Shown here in pieces: positions 1 through 7,684 of a stretch of DNA of 11,861 bases. This DNA comes from Candidatus Thorarchaeota archaeon (GTDB lineage Archaea > Asgardarchaeota > Thorarchaeia > Thorarchaeales > Thorarchaeaceae), in assembly GCA_016933575.1 (NCBI GenBank), contig JAFGAR010000059.1, positions 1-11,861 on the forward strand. The letters are read 5' to 3'. The notes under the pieces are model-generated. The model saw only the letters and a list, made by a program, of their open reading frames with translations, did not search any database and was not told where the DNA came from. Numbering within the stretch: the stretch's first letter is position 1; every line of letters starts with the position of its first letter. The position numbers and the translations under genes are program-made.

Positions 1-1
1 A

Positions 2-3000
2 CCGAACATCATTCTCTACCATGCAGGAGCTGCAGCGACAAGGTCCGGTCCGACTGCTGCATGGATCGCCAGCTACTGGCATGGGCTGCAGCTCATCAAG
101 CAGAGATCTGGATCAGAGAAGGTGCTATGGATCGACCTTACGGGGGACTTTTCTCAGAGTCGTTTGGCACGAGATCGTCTACGAATCTCTTGTCAGGAAC
201 AGGATGTTCGAGAGATATGGGACCGAATCGAGTGGGTAGGTCTTTCGGGGGGTGTCACTGCTCTGCTCTCAGGAGAATCTTCCATCCCAAACTTGCTATC
301 AGAGCTGGATGCACATCTCGATGCAACAGGCCTCTCAATGATCGTGGTCAGCGGATGGAGCGACCTTGAGGAGTCGACCCCGGAGTTTCGAACGAAGCCT
401 CTCATGAGCATCAAGAAGGCACTTATCGAGTCCATTTCTAGGACTGCCATTCCGGTTCTCTGGTTCATGTCACCAAGAGTATCTGAAGAAACCTCAGTCA
501 TCTACCAGAGTCGTGCATTTGGACCTGTTGATGATATGCTCCTGGATGATAAGGTGGCTGAAACGATCTGGAATCTTCCTGTCAAGCCCTATGCCTTTGG
601 TCAGATAACGCCGTTGTTAGATGACCTGCGTGTCATCATTTGCGAACAAGGAGATGATATCTACCCTGAGCTGGTAGAGGTCCCCCCTCTCAAAGAATGG
701 TCCTCCAGATTCTGGACCCAACAACGGGGTGGAAAGGCATCCTATCAAGGCACGAGAGGGAGGATTGTGCTGGAGGCATCCGATGTGAAGGAGAGCTCCT
801 TCCTCAGAAATGAGATGCTACAGGCAGCTCTTGAGATGGTCCCTCAGCTACGAGCAAAGAGGAAACGAGAGGAGTCCCTGTCAGTCATGATCGAAAAACA
901 ACCCATTAGCACGACTCCGGGCATTCCTTCTCGGTTGATCTATCGTTCATATGGCCATAAGATTGGAATGGGAAAAGGCTATGCAGCATCTACTCAATCG
1001 GTTCCAGCCATATCATTTAGACGAAGATACAGAGTCGATAGCGTTTCAGAGTCTGAGATCAGAGTGACAACGAGAATCCCGCATCTCGCATCCATGCGAA
1101 TGGTTGGGCTTGATCATGACCTTGCTAGAAAGATCGAGCATGAGCGGCTTCACCAGGTACTGGACTTCTTGGCCAACTTAGACTCCGAAAGCAGTGATAC
1201 TACTTCTTTATGGCTCTCGTTCTTATCCTTATTGGAAGAAATCTTAGCCACTTCAAAGGATCCCTCCATGGATTCTGCAGCGATTCCAAGGTTTCTTGAG
1301 ATGCATCCCGTATCCAGCGAGGTCTGGGAGGTAATCTACTGGATACGAGAGAAGACCTTGCTCGATGGTGTGAATCCACGAGAACGACGACTGCTTGATG
1401 TCATACTGTCCCAAGAACCCGCGATTATACAAGAGGTTGGCAACTATCTGCTATTGCTCATTCTTGGCATTTCCCACAAGTATCCCGCTATTGGTACAGA
1501 TGGTATCAAGAGACTCTGGAAAGACGCTTCCGGATGGGTCTTGATGCAGTTGGGTCTTAGGTTCGATAGGCCAGTAGCGTTCAACGTCTGCGCATTATGG
1601 AATTTTCTATGCAAGAGTGCTCGATACTACGGAACGAGAATAGTCGTATCTAATCCAGATACAAAAGGGATCGTGATAGTAGTCGAGGCTCCAGAGAACT
1701 TGAACGACTTCTGGCTATTCATTGAGGAGCCCACCAATACAGATCGCATCTTGAGTGGTGTCTGGCGAGGACTCAATCCCTTCTTTCCAAATGACAAGAT
1801 GCGTTGGGGACTCGTTTCTCATGACGATATCACATCAAGTGCAGCCGCTTGTGATGCTCCATCTGAAGAGTATGGGGTTGTGATACATCATGAGGGTGAT
1901 CAGAGATATCTCTGGATACGTGAGGAGTACACTTGGCAGCTTCTGGGCGAGGTCCAGCTTGTACGACAGTGCAGACAGCTTCTCGATATCCGTGGCATGC
2001 ATATTACTGCTCAACCCGATAGCCACATCCTTCCTCCTCCCGCTAAAGAGGAGGATTCGCACGAGCTGAGGATACGAATTCAAAAGAAGCTCGCGGACAT
2101 AAGGGAAAGGGCCAGAAGAAGAGTTCCCGTGAAGATTCATCTAGACATTGAGAGAAACGACTTTGTTATCATTCTGCTTGAGGACAACCAGGTCTTGGAG
2201 GAAGTGAGGCTCAGGAAGACCGCAGAGATGATCGACTTCCTGCGTATCCCCATTATTCTTCATGGATTATCAACCGATTTCGAGGTGTACAAGGACGCGT
2301 ATACTTGGAACCCATACGAAGATATCGAGTTCGGAGAACTCAAGATCATCCGTCCATTCGTTGAGCGGAGAAATCCCTTTCCTGGGTTTCAATTCACATT
2401 GCCTCGAGATGTCACTGGCTTCTCATCTCTTGAGCAGGAGGAACTGAGGGTTGAGATTACGCATGACAAATCCCTCTGTCCGCTATTCCTAGGTAAGTCC
2501 CTACAACATGATACCTGCTGGAGGATGCAAGTGCATGATGTGATAAATCCATCGCTCGCCCTGCATCTAAGCAAGCGTGTGACCGATCTAGACATATTCA
2601 GGTTACAGGCTGCTGAGGAAATCATCATGGGCAACAAACAATACCATTTGCAGCTCAGATTCACTCCCAATCCCACCTCTCGAGATGGTGTTGTCTTTAG
2701 AGAGAGTGGTAGAATCGCTTGGCAACTAGGGCTGAGAAGGCTCCCAGCTGGGACCTACCTAGAGATGGATCAGGAGAAGCTGGTCTGCGCATTGCAAAAA
2801 CACAAGAACGAGGTCCAATTGATTGTACGATCGAATAAGACCGCTGATCAAGTCTATTCTTGGCTTCTCTTCAAGACAGACTCGAAACCTGATGAGGAGG
2901 AGCTACTTGAGGCATTGGACCAAACTCTTGAAGGGATCGTGGAAACGTATTTTGGAGATAACCAATCTGTAGAAGAGGATGTTTCAGGTTATGAAGAGCT

Positions 3001-3034
3001 AGTATCAGATTTGAGAACAATGATTGAAGACTAA
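2..3034 (+). CDS. Large hypothetical protein (>1010 aa, cut at the window's 5' edge) with a degenerate RecA/RadA-like domain in the visible N-terminal part
   Basis: The frame of the 122..3034 ORF is open back to position 2 (PNIILYHAGAAATRSGPTAAWIASYWHG...EKVLWIDLTGDF), so GTG122 is probably internal. Stop TAA at 3032-3034. Segments VLWIDLTGDFSQSRL, LSMIVVSG and IPVLWFMSP resemble RadA-family core strands. Confidence 0.85.
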   Translation, partial: PNIILYHAGAAATRSGPTAAWIASYWHGLQLIKQRSGSEKVLWIDLTGDFSQSRLARDRLRISCQEQDVREIWDRIEWVGLSGGVTALLSGESSIPNLLSELDAHLDATGLSMIVVSGWSDLEESTPEFRTKPLMSIKKALIESISRTAIPVLWFMSPRVSEETSVIYQSRAFGPVDDMLLDDKVAETIWNLPVKPYAFGQITPLLDDLRVIICEQGDDIYPELVEVPPLKEWSSRFWTQQRGGKASYQGTRGRIVLEASDVKESSFLRNEMLQAALEMVPQLRAKRKREESLSVMIEKQPISTTPGIPSRLIYRSYGHKIGMGKGYAASTQSVPAISFRRRYRVDSVSESEIRVTTRIPHLASMRMVGLDHDLARKIEHERLHQVLDFLANLDSESSDTTSLWLSFLSLLEEILATSKDPSMDSAAIPRFLEMHPVSSEVWEVIYWIREKTLLDGVNPRERRLLDVILSQEPAIIQEVGNYLLLLILGISHKYPAIGTDGIKRLWKDASGWVLMQLGLRFDRPVAFNVCALWNFLCKSARYYGTRIVVSNPDTKGIVIVVEAPENLNDFWLFIEEPTNTDRILSGVWRGLNPFFPNDKMRWGLVSHDDITSSAAACDAPSEEYGVVIHHEGDQRYLWIREEYTWQLLGEVQLVRQCRQLLDIRGMHITAQPDSHILPPPAKEEDSHELRIRIQKKLADIRERARRRVPVKIHLDIERNDFVIILLEDNQVLEEVRLRKTAEMIDFLRIPIILHGLSTDFEVYKDAYTWNPYEDIEFGELKIIRPFVERRNPFPGFQFTLPRDVTGFSSLEQEELRVEITHDKSLCPLFLGKSLQHDTCWRMQVHDVINPSLALHLSKRVTDLDIFRLQAAEEIIMGNKQYHLQLRFTPNPTSRDGVVFRESGRIAWQLGLRRLPAGTYLEMDQEKLVCALQKHKNEVQLIVRSNKTADQVYSWLLFKTDSKPDEEELLEALDQTLEGIVETYFGDNQSVEEDVSGYEELVSDLRTMIED

Positions 3035-3057
3035 TGGTCCTCTGCGTCTGGATGTTT

Positions 3058-3106
3058 AAGTGTTAGAAGAAGGTGAGTGAACTTTCTCAGCAACTTCAAA
3101 CTCCCG
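3058..3106. repeat. Left copy of an imperfect 49-bp direct repeat (partner 11685-11733)
   Basis: aagtgttagaagaaggtgagtgaactttctcagcaacttcaaactcccg vs aagtcttagtggaaggtgagtgaaccttctccataaccttcaactcccg: 39/49 identical ungapped, with a perfect 14-bp core gaaggtgagtgaac (3069-3082 / 11696-11709). Confidence 0.85.
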
Positions 3107-3601
3107 ACTTTGTTATTAGATTCCCAGAGGATAGGAAAACTCTCGAAGAGGTTCGACTCAGGGAGACTTCGGATTTGCTGAATTCCGACGTATTTCATTG
3201 GTTGGATATAGAAATGATGTTGAATTACAAGCCAACAATTGAACTCAATATTGGAAGCAAAAGATATTCAGAGAAAGCGAAAGATTGGCATGACTTGCTG
3301 GACTAAGAAAAATAATTCCTGTAATCTATCTAAAAATGAATAAAGAAAGGTTAGTCTGTTCCTTATTGAAACACCGAAATGAAGTTCAACTGATTGTAAA
3401 GTCGGACAAAACACATGATATTATACATTCTAGCTTTCTCTTCGAGATTGATACAAAACTATAGAGCAAGAAATAGTGTTATCTTTAGATAATCATCTTG
3501 AACGAGTTATTGAAGCATACTTTAGTGATATCCATAGTGTAGAAGAGGTAGTTTTGGACTATAGGAATCTATTACCTGATATCAAGAATATAATTCAAGG
3601 A
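3106..3601 (+). pseudogene. Decayed, internally deleted second copy of the C-terminal region of the upstream large gene
   Basis: 3106-3183 DFVIRFPEDRKTLEEVRLRETSDLLN matches DFVIILLEDNQVLEEVRLRKTAEMID (2159-2236). 3267-3458 FRESERLA*LAGLRK..YLKMNKERLVCSLLKHRNEVQLIVKSDKT.. matches FRESGRIAWQLGLRR..YLEMDQEKLVCALQKHKNEVQLIVRSNKT.. (35/64 identical; Trp replaced by TGA at 3291). A frameshift near 3460 is followed by EQEIVLSLDNHLERVIEAYFSDIHSVEEVV, matching EEELLEALDQTLEGIVETYFGDNQSVEEDV. Confidence 0.92.
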
Positions 3602-3615
3602 TCTTGCCAGTTGCA

Positions 3616-4596
3616 TCAGAAGACAAACAGCCCATTGTCAAATGCATAAAGATGGATTGATCTTATCATTGTCAGAGTTAGTAATGCTATCTCTATAGCG
3701 CCCTCCGGATTTATCGTCCATATTTCCGAGGTCTTTTTATCCATACTATGTGTTGCCGCATTCCGAACAGAGCCAATGCCTTCACATAATTCTCTGTGCT
3801 TGTTATCCATCTTTTTTTCACTATAGATTTTCTGAGAGAGTTCAATTATCCCATTTGAATTGGAATCATCAATCCCTATAGATTTACATATTATCCTCAG
3901 ATAGTTTTCAAAAGCTCTTCCTGAGTCGTCTATCGAATGGCGAGGATTTGCTCGATGATTCATCACAGCTGATACAATGTGGTCAATTGATTTATCCAAC
4001 AACCTAAAAGAATAATCTCCAACACGTTGTGCAATATAGGTCCTGATGTTCAATTCACTTTTCATAGCTTCGAGAAGTTCCTCGATAATTTCCACGCTCA
4101 AGGAATTCGTTTTCACTTTGACAAGAAGCTTCCCTTCTTGATTCTGTTCTAATAAATCCGAATAGATACCCCACCCAGATAGGACACGTCTTGTTCTATC
4201 CGCATTCAAACCAATCTCAAACACAGTTGCTGTTTTTCGTCCTGCTTCCTCAAGGGAATCACCTCTTCCAATTTGAGAAACAAACAAGACAAATGGAGGA
4301 TATTTAACAAGAGATCTTCCAAAAACTATGCGATATTGATTCTTTGTAGCTCTTGACACTTCTATGGCACTTTCAGAAATGAAATACCTATCATCTCGCT
4401 TGACTAAAAGGTTCAGCTGAAGAGCACAGGAAAGAGCGCTTCTTGCATACCTCTCTGTTTTTTCCAAGTATTTTGCCAGGAATTTTGTGTCTACTCCTTC
4501 TTCTCGTTTATTCCAGCTAGCTTCCACAGCTTGCATAATTTTATCAGCGGTCACATCCTGAAGTTTATACTCTTGACTATCATTCATATCAATCAA
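3616..4596 (-). CDS. Tandem winged-helix-like module fused to a C-terminal HEPN RNase domain (Abi_C/DUF4145-like)
   Basis: 326-aa ORF (alternative start ATG at 4587, MNDSQ). The C-terminus has a HEPN-like helix SGRAFENYLRIIC and an intact Rx4H motif RNAATH (3748-3765), followed by the helix PEGAIEIALLTLTMIRSI. The N-terminus (VTADKIMQAV..FLAKYLEKTERYARSALSCALQLNLL..Y) resembles the 5491 ORF. It overlaps the stop of the upstream gene. Confidence 0.8.
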   Translation of the reverse strand: MIDMNDSQEYKLQDVTADKIMQAVEASWNKREEGVDTKFLAKYLEKTERYARSALSCALQLNLLVKRDDRYFISESAIEVSRATKNQYRIVFGRSLVKYPPFVLFVSQIGRGDSLEEAGRKTATVFEIGLNADRTRRVLSGWGIYSDLLEQNQEGKLLVKVKTNSLSVEIIEELLEAMKSELNIRTYIAQRVGDYSFRLLDKSIDHIVSAVMNHRANPRHSIDDSGRAFENYLRIICKSIGIDDSNSNGIIELSQKIYSEKKMDNKHRELCEGIGSVRNAATHSMDKKTSEIWTINPEGAIEIALLTLTMIRSIHLYAFDNGLFVF

Positions 4597-5266
4597 TCCT
4601 CAGTTTATCGGATACAGATTTTCCCTCTCGCTCAATGTAGCAAACCAATGCTTCTCTATCAATTGCATATATGTTAGAATGAATCTCGAGCAGAATTATA
4701 TCCTTATCATTTGGAATCTCAAGAATTTTCCTTGTGGTTTTATCGGATTCTGACGAGTCATGAATAAACGTAACAATATCATCAAGTACGGCAATCAATT
4801 TAATCTCTGTCAGTAGGTCAAATAGCGTATTAATACGACATTCTGATGCTTTCTTTCCTGTCTGCGTTTTGAAAGCTTTAGCAATTGAGTCTTTCAACTC
4901 GTTGACATCGAATTTTGGTTTTATCTTTGATTTCAATCTGATGAGAGAGCCTATCCATGATTCCAGAATATGTTTCTGTAATGCCTCTCTTAGATCATTA
5001 TCCGAGGATAGCACCTGAATAAAATCTTCAGATGGTTGATATCTGCTACCTTCAGCTCTTTCCAAGACTCCTATACTTATCCAAAACCCAACACATCTAC
5101 TGACATTGTCGACCGCGAGAGTTACAATAGGAGCGACATCTCTTCTGCTAACCCCCTTTTCTGTTTCTTCGTATATCGCCAGAATGGACTGTATCAACTC
5201 CAGTTGTCTTTCCACACTTACTTTGGCATATGGCAAATCAATTACATCACCTGAATCCTTACTCAC
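4589..5266 (-). CDS. Tandem winged-helix-like protein (subtype II, DUF5343-like in style) with a small C-terminal domain
   Basis: 225-aa ORF with GTG start preceded by GAGGGG. HTH-wing pattern VSRRDVAPIVTLAVDNVSRCVGFWISIGVLER..RYQP and a second unit INTLFDLLTEIKLI. Similar to the 6302 ORF and to the N-terminus of the 7685 ORF. Confidence 0.75.
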   Translation of the reverse strand: MSKDSGDVIDLPYAKVSVERQLELIQSILAIYEETEKGVSRRDVAPIVTLAVDNVSRCVGFWISIGVLERAEGSRYQPSEDFIQVLSSDNDLREALQKHILESWIGSLIRLKSKIKPKFDVNELKDSIAKAFKTQTGKKASECRINTLFDLLTEIKLIAVLDDIVTFIHDSSESDKTTRKILEIPNDKDIILLEIHSNIYAIDREALVCYIEREGKSVSDKLRID

Positions 5267-5405
5267 CTTATTACCCCTCTAATCTAGCACCACTTCAAGA
5301 GCATATTAGAAAGCCAAGAAACCCATATCTTTTTTTTCATGATATCTGCAGAGCAGCATTGTTTCTGATTTAGGAGTCCTTGAATTCTCATGTATTGATT
5401 TATAT

Positions 5406-5436
5406 TTGACATAACAACTTAGTTTCACGTTATAAT
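5406..5436 (+). promoter_or_regulatory. Perfect sigma70-type hexamers TTGACA-N19-TATAAT in the divergent intergenic region (function uncertain)
   Basis: TTGACA at 5406-5411 and TATAAT at 5431-5436, 19-bp spacer. Dyads ataac (5411-5415)/gttat (5429-5433) and aact-t-agtt (5416-5424). Confidence 0.3.
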
Positions 5437-5466
5437 TTAGGGTACAGTGCGTATTAAGTACTACAA

Positions 5467-5477
5467 TATATATATAA
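5467..5477 (+). promoter_or_regulatory. Putative archaeal TATA box for the rightward operon
   Basis: tatatatataa lies about 40 bp upstream of the likely ATG5518 (MSDNQ), which is preceded by gtggt. Confidence 0.45.
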
Positions 5478-5490
5478 GTTTATTAGGCAA

Positions 5491-6342
5491 ATGAAATACT
5501 ATGCACTAGTGGTATTAATGTCAGATAATCAAGAAAGCTTGGAAATAGCCGTTCCGAGTGTGACAATTGAAATAATTGGAAAGGTGGTGAGAGGATTATA
5601 TTCCTTCAAGAAACCGGCAGGATACAAGGATTTGAAGGCATTAGTCAGTCTTCATGAAATCACGGTCAGTCAAGGTCTTAATGCTGCCAAAGATTTAGGA
5701 CTGGCTAAGCAAACTGGAGGTAGGGGTATATATGAATTGACTGAAACTGGAATGAATTTTGCCAGACTTCTAAGTTTTGGAAAGGAATCAGAATGCAGAT
5801 TACTATTAGCAAAGCAGATCATGACCATGAGCAACTGGTCCGAAGTTGTTTCATTTCTTGAAATGAACGTAAATACATCTCGTAATCCACTTGATTTGGT
5901 TATGCATGTTGAAGGGAGACTGGGAAAAATGTGGAAGAATCGTATGCGCTCAAAGGTAGCAAATTCATATCGATCAATATTGGAATATGCGGGACTAATA
6001 GAAATAGACGGGAATGATATTGTTTCAGTACTACCCGATGAAGATGAACAACACAAGTTCCTAGAATCAGAGGCATCTCCGATGAAAAGCCGTGAAAAAC
6101 AACCTCCTGATTCAGGAATCTACTCTTTCTCAATAACACAAGCAAGGATTGAAAGTGATTATTCGGAATTCAGCATTCCCGAGTTCTTCATAGTATTTGT
6201 GAAGAAAACGCAATATGCCATAAAATTCTTTCAAGATCAAATAAAAGATGGGAGCGTCTTCTCAGCATGGCTTGAAACGTTGAAAGTGGGACTAAAAAAC
6301 GATGAGCAAACTGCTATGGAGGTGTATGAGGATATTGAGTGA
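5491..6342 (+). CDS. Tandem winged-helix-like protein (subtype I) with a linker and small C-terminal domain
   Basis: 283-aa ORF (likely true start ATG5518). YKDLKALVSLHEITVSQGLNAAKDLGLA..GIYELTETG is a classic wHTH wing motif, and the second unit is YRSILEYAGLIEIDG. A nearly full-length paralogous pseudogene lies at 6841-7591. Confidence 0.8.
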   Translation: MKYYALVVLMSDNQESLEIAVPSVTIEIIGKVVRGLYSFKKPAGYKDLKALVSLHEITVSQGLNAAKDLGLAKQTGGRGIYELTETGMNFARLLSFGKESECRLLLAKQIMTMSNWSEVVSFLEMNVNTSRNPLDLVMHVEGRLGKMWKNRMRSKVANSYRSILEYAGLIEIDGNDIVSVLPDEDEQHKFLESEASPMKSREKQPPDSGIYSFSITQARIESDYSEFSIPEFFIVFVKKTQYAIKFFQDQIKDGSVFSAWLETLKVGLKNDEQTAMEVYEDIE

Positions 6343-6844
6343 GGACAGACCACCAACATTGGTGCCGACATCGAGTATGAGCTTTGAAAAGCAAATCCTT
6401 ATTCTCAGAGCATATGTTGTTCTGACAAATGATGGGACCGAACCTGTTCACTATAAAGTGGTAATGAACAGAACTGGATTAGCGCGAACTCAAATAGCTG
6501 GTACAAATGCCTTTTTTGTGAGCTTGGGGCTTCTTAGGCATGCTAGTAAGGGAACATATCTTCCCCCTCCTGAAACTGTTCAATTCATTGGCGAAAAACC
6601 TGGAAATGAAGATTATTCCACAATCAGAACGACGCTAGAAAAATCACCGCTGTTTGATTTCATTAGAGAACTAATCAGAATTCATGGTGAAGTCACGATT
6701 GATGATGCTATATCTTTCTTGTTGACTGAATCAGGTGAAAAGACTCGATCTAGAGCAGAACGATCTATTCAATGGTTGGAAAAATGCGGAATTTTAGAAG
6801 TATCTGAGGAGGGGATTCTATCGCTAAGTGGTGAAATACAATGA
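6302..6844 (+). CDS. Stand-alone tandem winged-helix-like protein (subtype II)
   Basis: 180-aa ORF. The likely start is TTG6335 after GGAGGTG (6318-6324), overlapping the upstream stop. LVPTSSMSFEKQILIL..AFFVSLGLLRH..GTYLP aligns with LPYAKVSVERQLELI..GFWISIGVLER..SRYQP of the 5266 ORF. The second unit is SIQWLEKCGILEV. Confidence 0.8.
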   Translation: MSKLLWRCMRILSEDRPPTLVPTSSMSFEKQILILRAYVVLTNDGTEPVHYKVVMNRTGLARTQIAGTNAFFVSLGLLRHASKGTYLPPPETVQFIGEKPGNEDYSTIRTTLEKSPLFDFIRELIRIHGEVTIDDAISFLLTESGEKTRSRAERSIQWLEKCGILEVSEEGILSLSGEIQ

Positions 6845-7591
6845 CAGATGATGACCAAATAACAACAAACAAGCAATGGCATGTATTCATATGGATAATC
6901 AGCTGATAGGAAAAATCTTGCAAATCACATTGGTATGAATGAATCTGAATTTGGTATAACCTTGTCCGATGCATTGGATTTGGATCTGGTTTCAAAAGGA
7001 TTAGAACGAGGCCATTATGTTCTAACTGATGAAGGAAGAAGTTTTGCAATTTTTCCTGGGCATGCGAAGGATGATGATTGTAAAGAAATACTTGGCAATC
7101 CTATTCTTTCGTCTAGAAAATAGAGAACAATTGTCAATCATCTAAACTCCCAAATTGATAATCAAATGCCCATATCTGATTTAGTGGTCTTCGTTGAGCA
7201 AAAGCACAACCGGTCTTGGAGTCGAGGCCGCCGAAGCAAGGCGGAAGGTGCTTATCAAACAATCTTGAGCTATGCTGGACTTGTTGAAATAAAAGATAAT
7301 CTACTCACAACCACTTCCAGAATAATGGAAAACACAGGACTGCCAAAGGGGATTGCTATTTCTGATAGTATCTCCCTGAACACATACCAACTTGGCTTAT
7401 TATCACTAAAGGAGTTGATTCAGAAGAAGAGGAATTCATAATATGCAGAGCTTACCATTCCTGATACTTGTTATATATTCTTAATAATGAGCTTGGAGTC
7501 AATAAATAACCTTAGAGCATTAATCTCAGCAGATGGGTTTATTCATGTCTGGTTAGATGAGCTCTCAAAACACACCAAGAAAATCAATTAA
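6841..7591 (+). pseudogene. Pseudogene paralog of the 5491-6342 subtype I wHTH gene
   Basis: ATG6841 overlaps the previous stop (ATGA). After an early deletion/frameshift one frame reads GMYSYG*SADRKNL..ALDLDLV..GHYVLTDEG..SRK*RTIVNHL..YQTILSYAGLVEI..NS*YAELTIPD..VWLDEL, collinear with GLYSFKKPAGYKDL..AKDLGLA..GIYELTETG..SNWSEVVSFL..YRSILEYAGLIEI..SDYSEFSIPE..AWLETL. Internal stops are at 6896 (TAA), 7121 (TAG) and 7439 (TAA); the final TAA is 7589-7591. It joins the track ORFs 6935..7123 and 7166..7441. Confidence 0.9.
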
Positions 7592-7684
7592 AACTTGATG
7601 ATATTCACGAAATCAAGCTTTATTTGTATCGGATTATCCCATTGTTGATGCTAGACTTGCTCGAATAGATGGTGGTAGGATAGA

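Noticed and set aside
21-2676. Short alternative-frame and antisense ORFs (21, 61, 193, 1835, 2262, 2389)
   Set aside because: All lie within the long open frame 2..3034 and show no motifs; they are shadow ORFs.
3073-3306. 77-aa ORF as a genuine gene
   Set aside because: It is a chimera: the start lies in the direct repeat, and the rest is part of the relic of the big gene, partly out of frame.
2696-3601. Diversity-generating retroelement VR/TR pair
   Set aside because: Mismatches are not adenine-specific (e.g. tgt/tgc, gtt/gtc, tta/ctg), there are indels, and no reverse transcriptase is in the window.
5284-5340. 18-codon minus-strand upstream ORF starting at an A8 tract before the 225-aa gene
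   Set aside because: Too short, with no RBS or other support; expected by chance in AT-rich DNA.
4589-6844. ESCRT-II (Vps22/25/36) tandem winged-helix homologs
   Set aside because: No ESCRT-III, Vps4 or ubiquitin genes are adjacent, no recognisable ESCRT-II motifs were seen, and the fusions are to HEPN and ABC ATPase.
7121-7123. Amber read-through or pyrrolysine joining the 6935 and 7166 ORFs
   Set aside because: The TAG replaces the paralog's Trp codon (TGG to TAG), and the same gene has two TAA stops and a frameshift.
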